Source: Candidatus Omnitrophota bacterium
Lineage (GTDB): Bacteria > Omnitrophota > Gorgyraeia > Zapsychrales > Fredricksoniimonadaceae
DNA length: 64,000 nucleotides
Direction: 5' to 3'
Assembly (NCBI GenBank): GCA_903944345.1
Contig: CAJARJ010000016.1
Location: 25,852 to 89,851 of the forward strand
Shown in pieces: positions 55,898 through 64,000 of the stretch. How positions within the stretch are numbered: position 1 is the first letter of the stretch; each line of letters starts with the position of its first letter. A model generated the notes under the pieces. It was given only the letters and a program-made list of their open reading frames with translations, had not been told where the DNA came from and made no database searches. A program made the position numbers and the translations under genes.

Positions 55898-56015
55898 AAA
55901 CCTTTTGAACCGGACTTCTTTCCGTTCAGGCAGGATTCTCATTGTGTGTTGCGCCCGGAGTATAAGGACGGTTTTGATCAGGAAATTTAACAATTAACTC
56001 GCAGTGGAGGTCATA

Positions 56016-56327
56016 ATGTACGCAGTTATTGATGTCGGAGCCTATCAGTTCAAGGTTGCAGAAGGCGATCTTATTGATGCCCCCAAGCTTGAAAAAGAGA
56101 TCGGGCAGTCTTTTGATATTAACGAAGTTCTGCTTTTCGCCGACGGGGAAGATGTCCGTATCGGTGCGCCCTATGTTAAAGGGGCAAAAGTTACACTCGA
56201 AGTGGTCAGGCAGTTTCGTGATGAGAAGGTTATTAACTTTACTTACCGCAAGCGCAAGGATTCGCGCAAAAAGATTGGTCATCGGCAGGATCTCACGGCT
56301 CTCAAAGTTGCAAAGATTTCTGTCTAA
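56016..56327 (+). CDS. rplU: 50S ribosomal protein L21
   Basis: MYAVIDVGAYQFKVAEGDLI… The track ORF begins at a GTG at 56004; the conserved ATG at 56016 is preferred. Confidence 0.9.
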   Translation: MYAVIDVGAYQFKVAEGDLIDAPKLEKEIGQSFDINEVLLFADGEDVRIGAPYVKGAKVTLEVVRQFRDEKVINFTYRKRKDSRKKIGHRQDLTALKVAKISV

Positions 56328-56344
56328 AGACGTAAAGGGTTCGC

Positions 56345-57325
56345 ATGGCCTTTGTTGATAGCGCACGTATCAAGGTTAAGGCCGGGAACGGCGGCAAAGG
56401 CTGTGAAAGCCACTATCGCGATCTATGGATGCGTTATCCACGGGCTGATGGCGGTGATGGTGGCGATGGTGGCGATGTCATCTTCCTGGCAGATCCGCAC
56501 ATACAAACTCTTTTGGATTTTCGTTTCCAGCAGCATTATCAGGCTGGCCGCGGCGGTCATGGCTCCAGTAAAAATGCAACCGGGAAGCGCGGCGAAGATT
56601 CCCTTTTAAAGGTTCCGGTAGGAACCGTTCTTTGGGATGATGAGTCTGGCCTTCTGATCCGGGATATGAGTGCCCCGGACGAAAAAGTGGTTGTCGCTCG
56701 CGGAGGACGGGGCGGCATTGGCAATATGCGCCGGAAAGTGGCGGTTCCGCCCACCCTGGGAGAGGAACGCATTGTCCGTCTGGAACTTAAAATCATCGCT
56801 GATGTCGGGTTGGTCGGGTTTCCTAATGCCGGAAAATCTACCCTGATCAATGGTATTTCCAAAGTCAGATCCAAGATAGCCAATTATCCGTTTACAACAA
56901 AACAGCCGGTTTTGGGGATTGTGGAGACGGATAATTTTAGCTTTGTCGCAGCGGATCTTCCTGGTCTGATTGAAGGGGCGCATTTGGGCCGAGGTCTTGG
57001 TCATCAGTTTCTCAAGCACGCCGAACGAACTAAAATACTAGTTCAGGTTATTGATATGGCCGCAACCGAGGATAGAGACCCGGTTGAGGATTACGAAACT
57101 ATTAATCAGGAACTTGAGCAATACAGCGAGCTTTTGGCGAACAAGCACAAAATACTTGTAGCCAACAAGATGGATTTGAAAGATGCAAAAAAGAATTTGA
57201 AAAGATTTCGCAAGAAGCATGATGTCCGGATTATTGAAGTCTCCGCGCTGGAGCAATCAGGCTTGCAGGAGCTGGTGGATGAAATGATCCGGATTCTGAA
57301 GTTGAGTGCGGATTCAACAGCCTAA
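56345..57325 (+). CDS. obg: GTPase Obg (short form, no C-terminal OCT/TGS domain)
   Basis: Glycine-rich Obg fold (…GGDGGDGGDV…, …AGRGGHGSS…), GTPase G1 GFPNAGKST, G3 DLPGLIEGA, G4 NKMD. Confidence 0.9.
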   Translation: MAFVDSARIKVKAGNGGKGCESHYRDLWMRYPRADGGDGGDGGDVIFLADPHIQTLLDFRFQQHYQAGRGGHGSSKNATGKRGEDSLLKVPVGTVLWDDESGLLIRDMSAPDEKVVVARGGRGGIGNMRRKVAVPPTLGEERIVRLELKIIADVGLVGFPNAGKSTLINGISKVRSKIANYPFTTKQPVLGIVETDNFSFVAADLPGLIEGAHLGRGLGHQFLKHAERTKILVQVIDMAATEDRDPVEDYETINQELEQYSELLANKHKILVANKMDLKDAKKNLKRFRKKHDVRIIEVSALEQSGLQELVDEMIRILKLSADSTA

Positions 57326-58424
57326 TATGTTAAGAAAATTTCCCAGAAAAATACGCCGGGTTGTTGTCAAGGTCGGATCAAGTCTGGTGGCGGATCATGA
57401 GATGTTGCCCAGAGAGGCTGCCCTGCGTTCCTTGGTTGCCCAGATTGCAGATATGCGCCAACAGAAGATCGAAGTTGTTCTGGTCAGTTCCGGAGCGATC
57501 GTTCTGGGGCTGGGAGAACTTGGTGAAAAAAAGCGGCCAACAGACACCCCGTCCTTGCAGGCCGCCGCTTCGATCGGACAAGCAGCGCTGATGCGGCGTT
57601 ATTGCGATTATTTCAAGGAGAAAGGGCAGATTTGTTCCCAGATTTTGTTGACTTGGGATGATTTTGCCGATCGAACCCGTTTTAATAATGCACGCAATAC
57701 ACTGGATGTTCTTCTCGCACGAGGAGTTACAGCTGTGATCAATGAAAATGACACGATTTCAACGGATGAAATCAAATTTGGTGATAACGACAAACTTTCT
57801 GCTTTGGTGGCTTCATTGGTCAGGGCGGATCTTTTGATCATGCTTTCAGATGTCGACGGTCTTTACAAAAAGGAGAATGGCCGTTTGACCGAGAAATTTA
57901 ATGAAGTCAAAGTGATTACTAGGGATATTGAAGGCGCGGCTGGAGAGGCCAAGGACAAAAACATCTCCAAGGGCGGGATGATAGCCAAAGTTAATGCGGT
58001 CAAAATAGCTTCTTGCGCCAATATCCCATCTATAATTGCGGACGGGCGTATGCCAGAGGTGATCCGTCGCATTGTTATTGACCGGGAGCCGCTGGGAACT
58101 TATTTTTTCGAAAAAGAAGAAAAATTGTTGCTGCGTAAACATTGGATACTTTTTGTCGCCAAACCCAAAGGCCGGGTGAAAGTGGATGACGGAGCCAAAA
58201 AAGTTTTGCTGGAGAGGCGTTCCAGCTTGCTGCTGCCGGGTGTGCTGGGTTGTGAAGGTGTTTTCAGAGCGGGTGACGTGGTTATTCTTGAGGATATTCA
58301 CGGGGGAGAACTTGCTCGTGGCATAACAAACTATTCTGTTGCCGAACTTATGAGAATGTCTGTCGATAAAAAGAAACGGCGGGAGTTTATTCATGCCGAT
58401 GATCTGGTGGTTACGGCACAGTAA
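57306..58424 (+). CDS. proB: glutamate 5-kinase (with PUA domain)
   Basis: …RRVVVKVGSSLV…, …VLVSSGAI…, C-terminal PUA. Confidence 0.9.
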   Translation: MRIQQPNMLRKFPRKIRRVVVKVGSSLVADHEMLPREAALRSLVAQIADMRQQKIEVVLVSSGAIVLGLGELGEKKRPTDTPSLQAAASIGQAALMRRYCDYFKEKGQICSQILLTWDDFADRTRFNNARNTLDVLLARGVTAVINENDTISTDEIKFGDNDKLSALVASLVRADLLIMLSDVDGLYKKENGRLTEKFNEVKVITRDIEGAAGEAKDKNISKGGMIAKVNAVKIASCANIPSIIADGRMPEVIRRIVIDREPLGTYFFEKEEKLLLRKHWILFVAKPKGRVKVDDGAKKVLLERRSSLLLPGVLGCEGVFRAGDVVILEDIHGGELARGITNYSVAELMRMSVDKKKRREFIHADDLVVTAQ

Positions 58425-58454
58425 GTAACAGCTGTCTTATTGAAGGGTTTTAAG

Positions 58455-59711
58455 ATGTCCTTGAAATCGGTTATTATTGATCAGGCTCGCAAGGCTCGTG
58501 AGGCGGCCTTGAAGCTTGCATTATTGTCGAGTAAAGACAAAAATTCGGCTTTAAAAGCTATGGCTTCGGCTTTGATCAAATCACGGGCCGGGATCATCCG
58601 CGAGAATGCGCGGGATATTAAGGCTGCCAGTCAGGCGGGATTGCCGCAGGCGATGATTGATCGCTTGCTTCTTAATGAGGCCCGAATAGGCCAGATGGCA
58701 GATGGCATTCTGGATATTGCCGCGTTGCCTGATCCGGTGGGGCAGTTATTAGAGGTGCGTAAAAGGCCGAATGGCTTAAGAATAGAGAAAGTCTGTGTTC
58801 CTTTGGGGGTTGTGGCGATTATTTACGAGTCACGTCCCAATGTGACCAGTGATTGTGCCGCGTTGTGTCTTAAGTCCGGGAATGCCGCCGTACTCAAAGG
58901 CGGCAAAGAAGCGATTTATTCCAATCGGGAAATATATAAAGTTCTCAGGTCGGCTTTGACGGACACTCCTGTTCCGATTGAAGCGTTACAGTTTATCGGA
59001 TCAGTCGAACGGGCGGCAGTGTGTGAGCTGTTGAAGCTGGACCAGCAGGTGGATCTGGTTGTTCCTCGCGGTGGAGAAGGTCTAATTAGATTTGTAGCGG
59101 AAAATTCAACGATTCCAGTTGTTAAGCACTACAAGGGTGTTTGTCACATTTATGTCGCTGAAAAAGCTGATTTGTCGATGGCCGCTGACATATGCTTTAA
59201 TGCCAAGGTTCAGCGTCCCGGGGTTTGTAATGCTATGGAAAAGATGCTGGTTGACGAGAAAATTGCGGAGAAATTTCTGCCGGGGATGATTGCGCGCTTT
59301 CAATCCGCGGGAGTGGAAATCAGGGGCGATGAGCATGTCTGCCGAATGATCAAGGGACTTAAGAAGGCAGTTGCGCGGGATTGGCAGGAAGAATATCTGG
59401 ATCTTGTTCTTGCGGTCAAGGTGGTTCGGGGTGTTGAGGAGGCCATTGATCATATTAATACGTTTGGCTCCCGGCATTCGGATGCAATTGTAACCCGTGA
59501 TCGCAGGCAAGCGGAAGCTTTTCTTAAGGGAGTTGATTCAGCGTGTGTTTATGTGAATGCTTCTACTCGATTTACTGATGGGAATGAATTTGGTCTTGGC
59601 GCCGAAGTCGGGATATCCACCGACAAGCTGCATGTGCGCGGTCCCATGGGCCTCGCGGGCTTGACCACCTACAAATATCAGGTTTATGGCAGCGGGCAGA
59701 TAAGGGTTTGA
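58455..59711 (+). CDS. proA: gamma-glutamyl phosphate reductase
   Basis: Aldehyde dehydrogenase fold with catalytic Cys in …GVCNAMEKMLV… The start is at the ATG at 58455. Confidence 0.9.
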   Translation: MSLKSVIIDQARKAREAALKLALLSSKDKNSALKAMASALIKSRAGIIRENARDIKAASQAGLPQAMIDRLLLNEARIGQMADGILDIAALPDPVGQLLEVRKRPNGLRIEKVCVPLGVVAIIYESRPNVTSDCAALCLKSGNAAVLKGGKEAIYSNREIYKVLRSALTDTPVPIEALQFIGSVERAAVCELLKLDQQVDLVVPRGGEGLIRFVAENSTIPVVKHYKGVCHIYVAEKADLSMAADICFNAKVQRPGVCNAMEKMLVDEKIAEKFLPGMIARFQSAGVEIRGDEHVCRMIKGLKKAVARDWQEEYLDLVLAVKVVRGVEEAIDHINTFGSRHSDAIVTRDRRQAEAFLKGVDSACVYVNASTRFTDGNEFGLGAEVGISTDKLHVRGPMGLAGLTTYKYQVYGSGQIRV

Positions 59712-59734
59712 GGCTGTCGCTCCAGGTGTGAATT

Positions 59735-60310
59735 ATGAAAAAGACAGGCCTCTTTGGCGGAACTTTTGATCCGGTGCATATAGGACATTTGTTGATGGCT
59801 CGTGCAGCTCTGGAGCAGATGGGCCTGGATCGGGTGATTTTTATTCCTTCCTGTGTTCCGCCCCACAAAAAAATGCCTACTCTTTTTTCTGCTCAGGACC
59901 GGCTGCGCATGATTCGTTCGGCCATTGCCGGTATCCCCGAATTTGAAGTTTCTGATTTTGAAATCAGGAAGGGTGGGAAGTCCTATTCGATCGATACGGC
60001 CAGACATTTTCGTTCCATTGCTCCTGGGGACGAGAAGCTCTTTTTTATTGTTGGAGGAGATGCAATCAACCAGCTGGACAATTGGAGAGATATCGGGCAA
60101 CTGAAAGAGCTGTGCTCTTTTGTTTCGGTTAACCGGCCAGGCTATCCTCGTGGGGAAGCCAAATTGCAGTATCATGCGGTTACAATGAATGGCATCGAGA
60201 TGTCTTCAACCGAGATCAGAAAGCGCATTCTCGGTCGAAAGTCAATACGGTTTCTTGTCCCGGACAGTGTTTTACGCTATATTCTCAAGAATGATTTGAT
60301 TGAGATTTGA
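59735..60310 (+). CDS. nadD: nicotinate-nucleotide adenylyltransferase
   Basis: GLFGGTFDPVHIGHL (HxGH). Follows proBA, as is common (obg-proB-proA-nadD). Confidence 0.9.
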   Translation: MKKTGLFGGTFDPVHIGHLLMARAALEQMGLDRVIFIPSCVPPHKKMPTLFSAQDRLRMIRSAIAGIPEFEVSDFEIRKGGKSYSIDTARHFRSIAPGDEKLFFIVGGDAINQLDNWRDIGQLKELCSFVSVNRPGYPRGEAKLQYHAVTMNGIEMSSTEIRKRILGRKSIRFLVPDSVLRYILKNDLIEI

Positions 60311-60379
60311 TCTCCGGAATCGGTCCGGAGGGTTAACTTTTTAGATAAAAGAATAATTTAACACATATCAGGAGCGGTT

Positions 60380-61807
60380 ATGGTGCAAAATCCCAGGGAT
60401 GTTATCAAATTTGGTACAGATGGATGGCGTGCGATTATTGCTGACACGTTCACATTCGAGAATCTTGCAGTTTTGGCGCAGGCTTTTTCTCGTTGGGTCA
60501 AGCAGGATGCGGCCAGGATTCCAGGAGAGCCTTTGCGGGTGGCTGTTGGTTATGATAATCGTTTTCTTTCCCGGGATTTTTCCCGGATGGTTGCCTCAAT
60601 TCTGGCTGCAAATGGTATTGAGGTTGTTCTTTCGGATGCATCTTTGCCGACACCGGCGCTTAGTCTTGCGGTGTGCGAAACAAAAAGTGTGGCCGGAGTG
60701 GTCATTACAGCCAGTCATAACCCGCCGGAATACAATGGATTCAAGATTAAGACGGCACAGGGCGGCGGAGCCGGTCGTAATATTACGGATACAGTCGAGT
60801 CCTATATAGGAACCCAGGACGTCAGAAATACTGATTTCAAGAAGGCCACTGCGGATGGACAAATTAGAATTCTTGATCTGAAAAGCAGTTATTTGAAGTT
60901 CATCAAGCATTATGTCAATTTGAAAAAGATCAAGACTGCCAAATTCCGGGTTGTTCAGGATGTCATGCATGGTTCTGGCGGAACTCTTTTGGCCGAGGTT
61001 CTCAAGGGCAGTTCGATTAAGCTGGAATTATTGCGTTCGGATGTCAATCCGGGATTTGGCGATTCCCGTCCCGAGCCTTTGCCCCAATATTTAGGGGGGT
61101 TGATTGCCAAAATGAAAAAAGAAAAGATTGATCTGGGTCTTGTTCTTGATGGCGACGCGGATCGTGTGGCTGCGGTTTTGCCGGGAGGAGAATTTCTTTC
61201 TCCGCAGAAAATTCTTGCCTTGCTGGCACTGCATTTATGGAAGAATCGTGGTATCCGTGGGGGAGTCATCAAGACGATCTGCGGGACAACCATGATAGAT
61301 AACATGTGTAAGGACAACGGGATAAAGCTCTATGAAACACCGGTAGGGTTCAAGTATATTTCGGATCTGATGATTAAAGAGCAAATTATTGTGGGTGGCG
61401 AGGAGGCTGGCGGTATGGGGCTGCCTAATTACATCCCCGAACGTGACGGCATTCTGGCTGGTTTGCTTCTTTTGGAGATGATGGTTTACGAAAAGAAAAA
61501 TATTGGCAAGATTCTGGAAGAAGTCGAGAAGAAATACGGTCGCTATTATTACGATAAAACCAGTATTCATCTTAAAGGTGTGGTCAAGTCGCTTGATGCG
61601 GTCAAGAAGTTGCCTGAGGTTCTTGGCAAAAAAGTTATTGCGGTCAAGGATTATGACGGGGTTAAGCTTGAACTGGCTGATGACAGCTGGATTATGGTCA
61701 GGGCCTCGGGGACAGAGCCTATCCTGCGCGCCTATGCGGAGTCAAGAAGTCAGAAACGCACCAAAGATCTTCTGGCTTATGCTCTGGAGTTGGCAAAAAC
61801 CTTGTGA
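60380..61807 (+). CDS. phosphoglucomutase/phosphomannomutase family protein
   Basis: Active-site …VVITASHNPPEYNGFK… (catalytic Ser), metal loop …DGDADR…. Confidence 0.85.
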   Translation: MVQNPRDVIKFGTDGWRAIIADTFTFENLAVLAQAFSRWVKQDAARIPGEPLRVAVGYDNRFLSRDFSRMVASILAANGIEVVLSDASLPTPALSLAVCETKSVAGVVITASHNPPEYNGFKIKTAQGGGAGRNITDTVESYIGTQDVRNTDFKKATADGQIRILDLKSSYLKFIKHYVNLKKIKTAKFRVVQDVMHGSGGTLLAEVLKGSSIKLELLRSDVNPGFGDSRPEPLPQYLGGLIAKMKKEKIDLGLVLDGDADRVAAVLPGGEFLSPQKILALLALHLWKNRGIRGGVIKTICGTTMIDNMCKDNGIKLYETPVGFKYISDLMIKEQIIVGGEEAGGMGLPNYIPERDGILAGLLLLEMMVYEKKNIGKILEEVEKKYGRYYYDKTSIHLKGVVKSLDAVKKLPEVLGKKVIAVKDYDGVKLELADDSWIMVRASGTEPILRAYAESRSQKRTKDLLAYALELAKTL

Positions 61808-61820
61808 TGGTGTTGTGCGC

Positions 61821-62420
61821 ATGACAAGTTTTTTGCAGACGTTTTATTATTGGGGAGTGACTGCGCTGGCGGCGGCGGTCAGTTTTATTTTTTATCCCTG
61901 CGTTGTTGTCGGGCGTGAACATATTCCGGCCAAGGGCGGATTTATTCTTGCCTCCAACCATGAAAGTAATATTGATCCTGTTCTTTTACCGGTAGCTTGT
62001 CCGAGGCAGATGCGTTTTATGGCCAAGGAGGAGTTATTTCGTCACCCTCTGCTGGCATTTTTGATCAGGACAGGCGGGGGCTTTCCGGTCAGGCGAGGGA
62101 AAGTGGATCGTTCGGCTTTGAAAGAATTCTTGTATCAGCTGAAACAGGGTTATCCGGTGCTTATTTTTCCGCAGGGCACAAGGGGAGGGGTAAAGGTTCA
62201 GGCTGGAGCGGGTTTTCTGGCTCTTAATAGTGCAATGCCGGTAATTCCGGCGTATATTGAAGGCACGGATAAGGTGTTGGCCAAGGGGGCGGTGCTTCCC
62301 AGACGCACGCTGGTTAAGGTTGTTTTTGGCCGACCGTTTGTTTTGCCGGACGGGCTTTCTTCCCAGGAAGCGTCTCAGCAGATAATGGCCCGGATATCTG
62401 AGTTAAAGCCTTCGTTGTAA
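61821..62420 (+). CDS. plsC: 1-acyl-sn-glycerol-3-phosphate acyltransferase
   Basis: HxxxxD box …LASNHESNIDPVLL…, …FPQGTR… The start is at the ATG at 61821, after the phosphohexomutase stop; the track ORF 61503 overlaps that upstream gene. Confidence 0.85.
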   Translation: MTSFLQTFYYWGVTALAAAVSFIFYPCVVVGREHIPAKGGFILASNHESNIDPVLLPVACPRQMRFMAKEELFRHPLLAFLIRTGGGFPVRRGKVDRSALKEFLYQLKQGYPVLIFPQGTRGGVKVQAGAGFLALNSAMPVIPAYIEGTDKVLAKGAVLPRRTLVKVVFGRPFVLPDGLSSQEASQQIMARISELKPSL

Positions 62421-62601
62421 TCTTCGTTCAGAATGTTGTTTCCATCGATTTGTTCTGCCTTGATTCCGGCATTTCTTCAGGGGGTGTTTCTTTTTGTTTG
62501 ACAAACAGTGATATTTTGTAATAATGAGCAATTCTCCGGCTTTGGGAAAAATCCCAAAATAACAGGCCGGATCAAAGGAAAAGAAAGAAGGAAGTTAAAC
62601 C

Positions 62602-64000
62602 ATGGCAACAGAAGTAAAAAAATCATTAATGGAAGAGCTTTACGGCAGTACTCTTAAAAGTTTTGCGGAAGGACAGATTGTTCCCGGGACAGTAGTGGGC
62701 AAGACCCCGGATGAGGCAATTGTTGACATCGGATTCAAGTCCGAGGGGTTTGTTTCCCTGGAAGAATTCCGTAATCCGGAATTGATCGATGTCGGGCATA
62801 CTCTTGACGTTCTTATCGAAACAATCGAGGACGAAGAAGGAAAACTGGTTCTCTCGTTTGCGAAGGCCGAGAGACAGAAGGGCTGGCTGAAAATCGCCGA
62901 TGTTATCAATGAGGGCGATGTTCTTGAGGGTCGGGTGGTTCGTATTGTTAAGGGTGGATATATTGTTGATGTTCAGGGAGTCGAGGCGTTTCTTCCGATG
63001 TCCTTGTCTTCTTTCAAGAATATTCCCAGTGACGATATTACTGCAAGACCGTACCGTTTTGTCGTCGCAAAGATGAACAAACAGCGCCGGAATCTTATTC
63101 TTTCCCGCCGCGAAGTTGTTCAGAAAGAGCGTGAAGCCAACCGGGAAGTTCTTTGGGGGCAGTTACAGAAGGGGCAGCGCCGCAACGGAGTTGTCAAGGG
63201 GATCACAGATTTTGGTGCCTTTATCGATCTGGGCGGAGTTGACGGACTTTTGCATATTACGGACATGAGCTGGTCCAGAATCAGTCATCCGTCAGAAATC
63301 GTTTCCTTGGGACAGCGCCTGGAAGTGGTTATTCTTGATTTTGACCGTGACAACTCAAAAGTTTCACTGGGGCTCAAGCAGATTACAGCCAACCCCTGGG
63401 AGGCTGTTTACGACAAGTATCCGGCAGGAACAGTAGTTAAGGGCAAAGTGGTCAATATTATGCCTTACGGCGTATTTGTAGAAATTGACAAGGGGATCGA
63501 AGGCCTTTTGCATGCTTCCGAAATTACTTGGCAAAAAAAGATGGTCAATCCGCAGGAAATGTTTACTGTCGGCCAGGTTGTTGAGGTGCAGATTATAAAT
63601 GTTGATCGTGATCAGAAGCGCATTTCCCTTTCTATGAAGCAGCTGGAAGATAATCCCTGGCTTAAGGCGGAAGAGAAGTTTGCTGTCAGTTCACGCGTTC
63701 AGGGAACTATTCGCGGTTTTGCTGATTATGGCGCGTTTGTGGAACTTGAACATGGTCTCGAAGGGATGATACACGTTTCGGATATGTCCTGGACCAGAAA
63801 AGTTAATCATCCGCAGGAAGTCCTGCAAAAAGGCCAGAAGGTCGAGGTTGCCGTTCTTGCTGTCGATGGTAAAGGTCGCAAGATCACCCTCGGTCTTAAA
63901 CAGCTGGTTGCTAATCCCTGGCCGGAAATTGCCAGGAAGTATCCGGTTGAGACTGTTGTGGACGCGGTTGTTATTATGAATTCCAATTTTGGTGTATTTG
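62602..64000 (+). CDS. rpsA: 30S ribosomal protein S1 (3'-truncated by window edge)
   Basis: MATEVKKSLMEELYGSTLKSFAEGQIVPGTVVG…, with successive S1 repeats (…GVVKGITDFGAFIDLGGVDGLLHITDMSW…). No stop before the end of the window. Confidence 0.9.
   Translation, partial: MATEVKKSLMEELYGSTLKSFAEGQIVPGTVVGKTPDEAIVDIGFKSEGFVSLEEFRNPELIDVGHTLDVLIETIEDEEGKLVLSFAKAERQKGWLKIADVINEGDVLEGRVVRIVKGGYIVDVQGVEAFLPMSLSSFKNIPSDDITARPYRFVVAKMNKQRRNLILSRREVVQKEREANREVLWGQLQKGQRRNGVVKGITDFGAFIDLGGVDGLLHITDMSWSRISHPSEIVSLGQRLEVVILDFDRDNSKVSLGLKQITANPWEAVYDKYPAGTVVKGKVVNIMPYGVFVEIDKGIEGLLHASEITWQKKMVNPQEMFTVGQVVEVQIINVDRDQKRISLSMKQLEDNPWLKAEEKFAVSSRVQGTIRGFADYGAFVELEHGLEGMIHVSDMSWTRKVNHPQEVLQKGQKVEVAVLAVDGKGRKITLGLKQLVANPWPEIARKYPVETVVDAVVIMNSNFGVF

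Noticed and set aside
56440-56480. Short tandem repeat GATGGCGGTGATGGTGGCGATGGTGGCGATG
   Set aside because: It encodes the GGDGGDGGD glycine-rich turn of the Obg fold. It is a coding repeat, not a mobile or CRISPR element.
61503-61820. 5' extension of the plsC ORF overlapping the phosphohexomutase gene
   Set aside because: The extension lies in a different frame across the well-supported PGM/PMM gene. The acyltransferase starts at the ATG at 61821, right after the PGM stop.
1-64000. Search for CRISPR arrays, IS elements, integrases or phage genes
   Set aside because: I saw no direct-repeat/spacer periodicity, no terminal inverted repeats flanking ORFs, and no transposase, integrase or recombinase motifs. 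The only tRNA pair (17116-17299) has no adjacent integrase.

Overview
This is a gene-dense chromosomal segment (roughly 90% coding) from a diderm bacterium. All confident genes lie on the + strand. The minus-strand ORFs in the track look like antisense artefacts: they sit inside well-supported + strand genes and are rich in R/Q/N/H/P.

Content in order:
- An Opp/Dpp-type ABC importer block (permease plus two ATPases), translationally coupled to a 771-aa polytopic membrane protein with C-terminal TPR repeats.
- glgC and fabV.
- A small excisionase-family HTH gene abutting smc.
- cvpA, dnaG, rpoD.
- tRNA-Met(CAT) and tRNA-Val(CAC).
- A COG1579-like zinc-ribbon protein and rnhA.
- An unannotated RNase P RNA (rnpB, type A) that overlaps the rnhA 3' end.
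- yebC-like regulator, ruvC, ruvA, scpB.
- pheA, a hisC-like aminotransferase, tyrA.
- cmk, lepA, lepB, a pgsA-like gene, plsY.
- A lipoprotein-rich envelope block: a peptidoglycan-binding lipoprotein, a SPOR protein, an LpoB-like lipoprotein, a glycine-zipper lipoprotein.
- A PfkB kinase and a DEDDh exonuclease.
- A CheY-like receiver with a CheX-like partner.
- A periplasmic redox module: DsbA-like, MauE/DoxX-like, and a signal-peptide-bearing Memo-AMMECR1 fusion.
- A SEDS protein (FtsW/RodA).
- A complete type IV pilus locus: two tandem PilB-type ATPases, two stand-alone MshEN-like N-domain proteins, pilC, two pilins, pilMNOPQ.
- rng, rplU, obg, proB, proA, nadD, a phosphohexomutase, plsC, and the 5' part of rpsA.

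I found no transposases, integrases, CRISPR arrays or obvious horizontally acquired islands.

The two most unusual items are the exported Memo-AMMECR1 fusion with its thiol-disulfide neighbours, and the pilus ATPase block, which carries four MshEN-type motif modules.

Coordinates of small motifs are hand-counted and approximate to about 2 nt.
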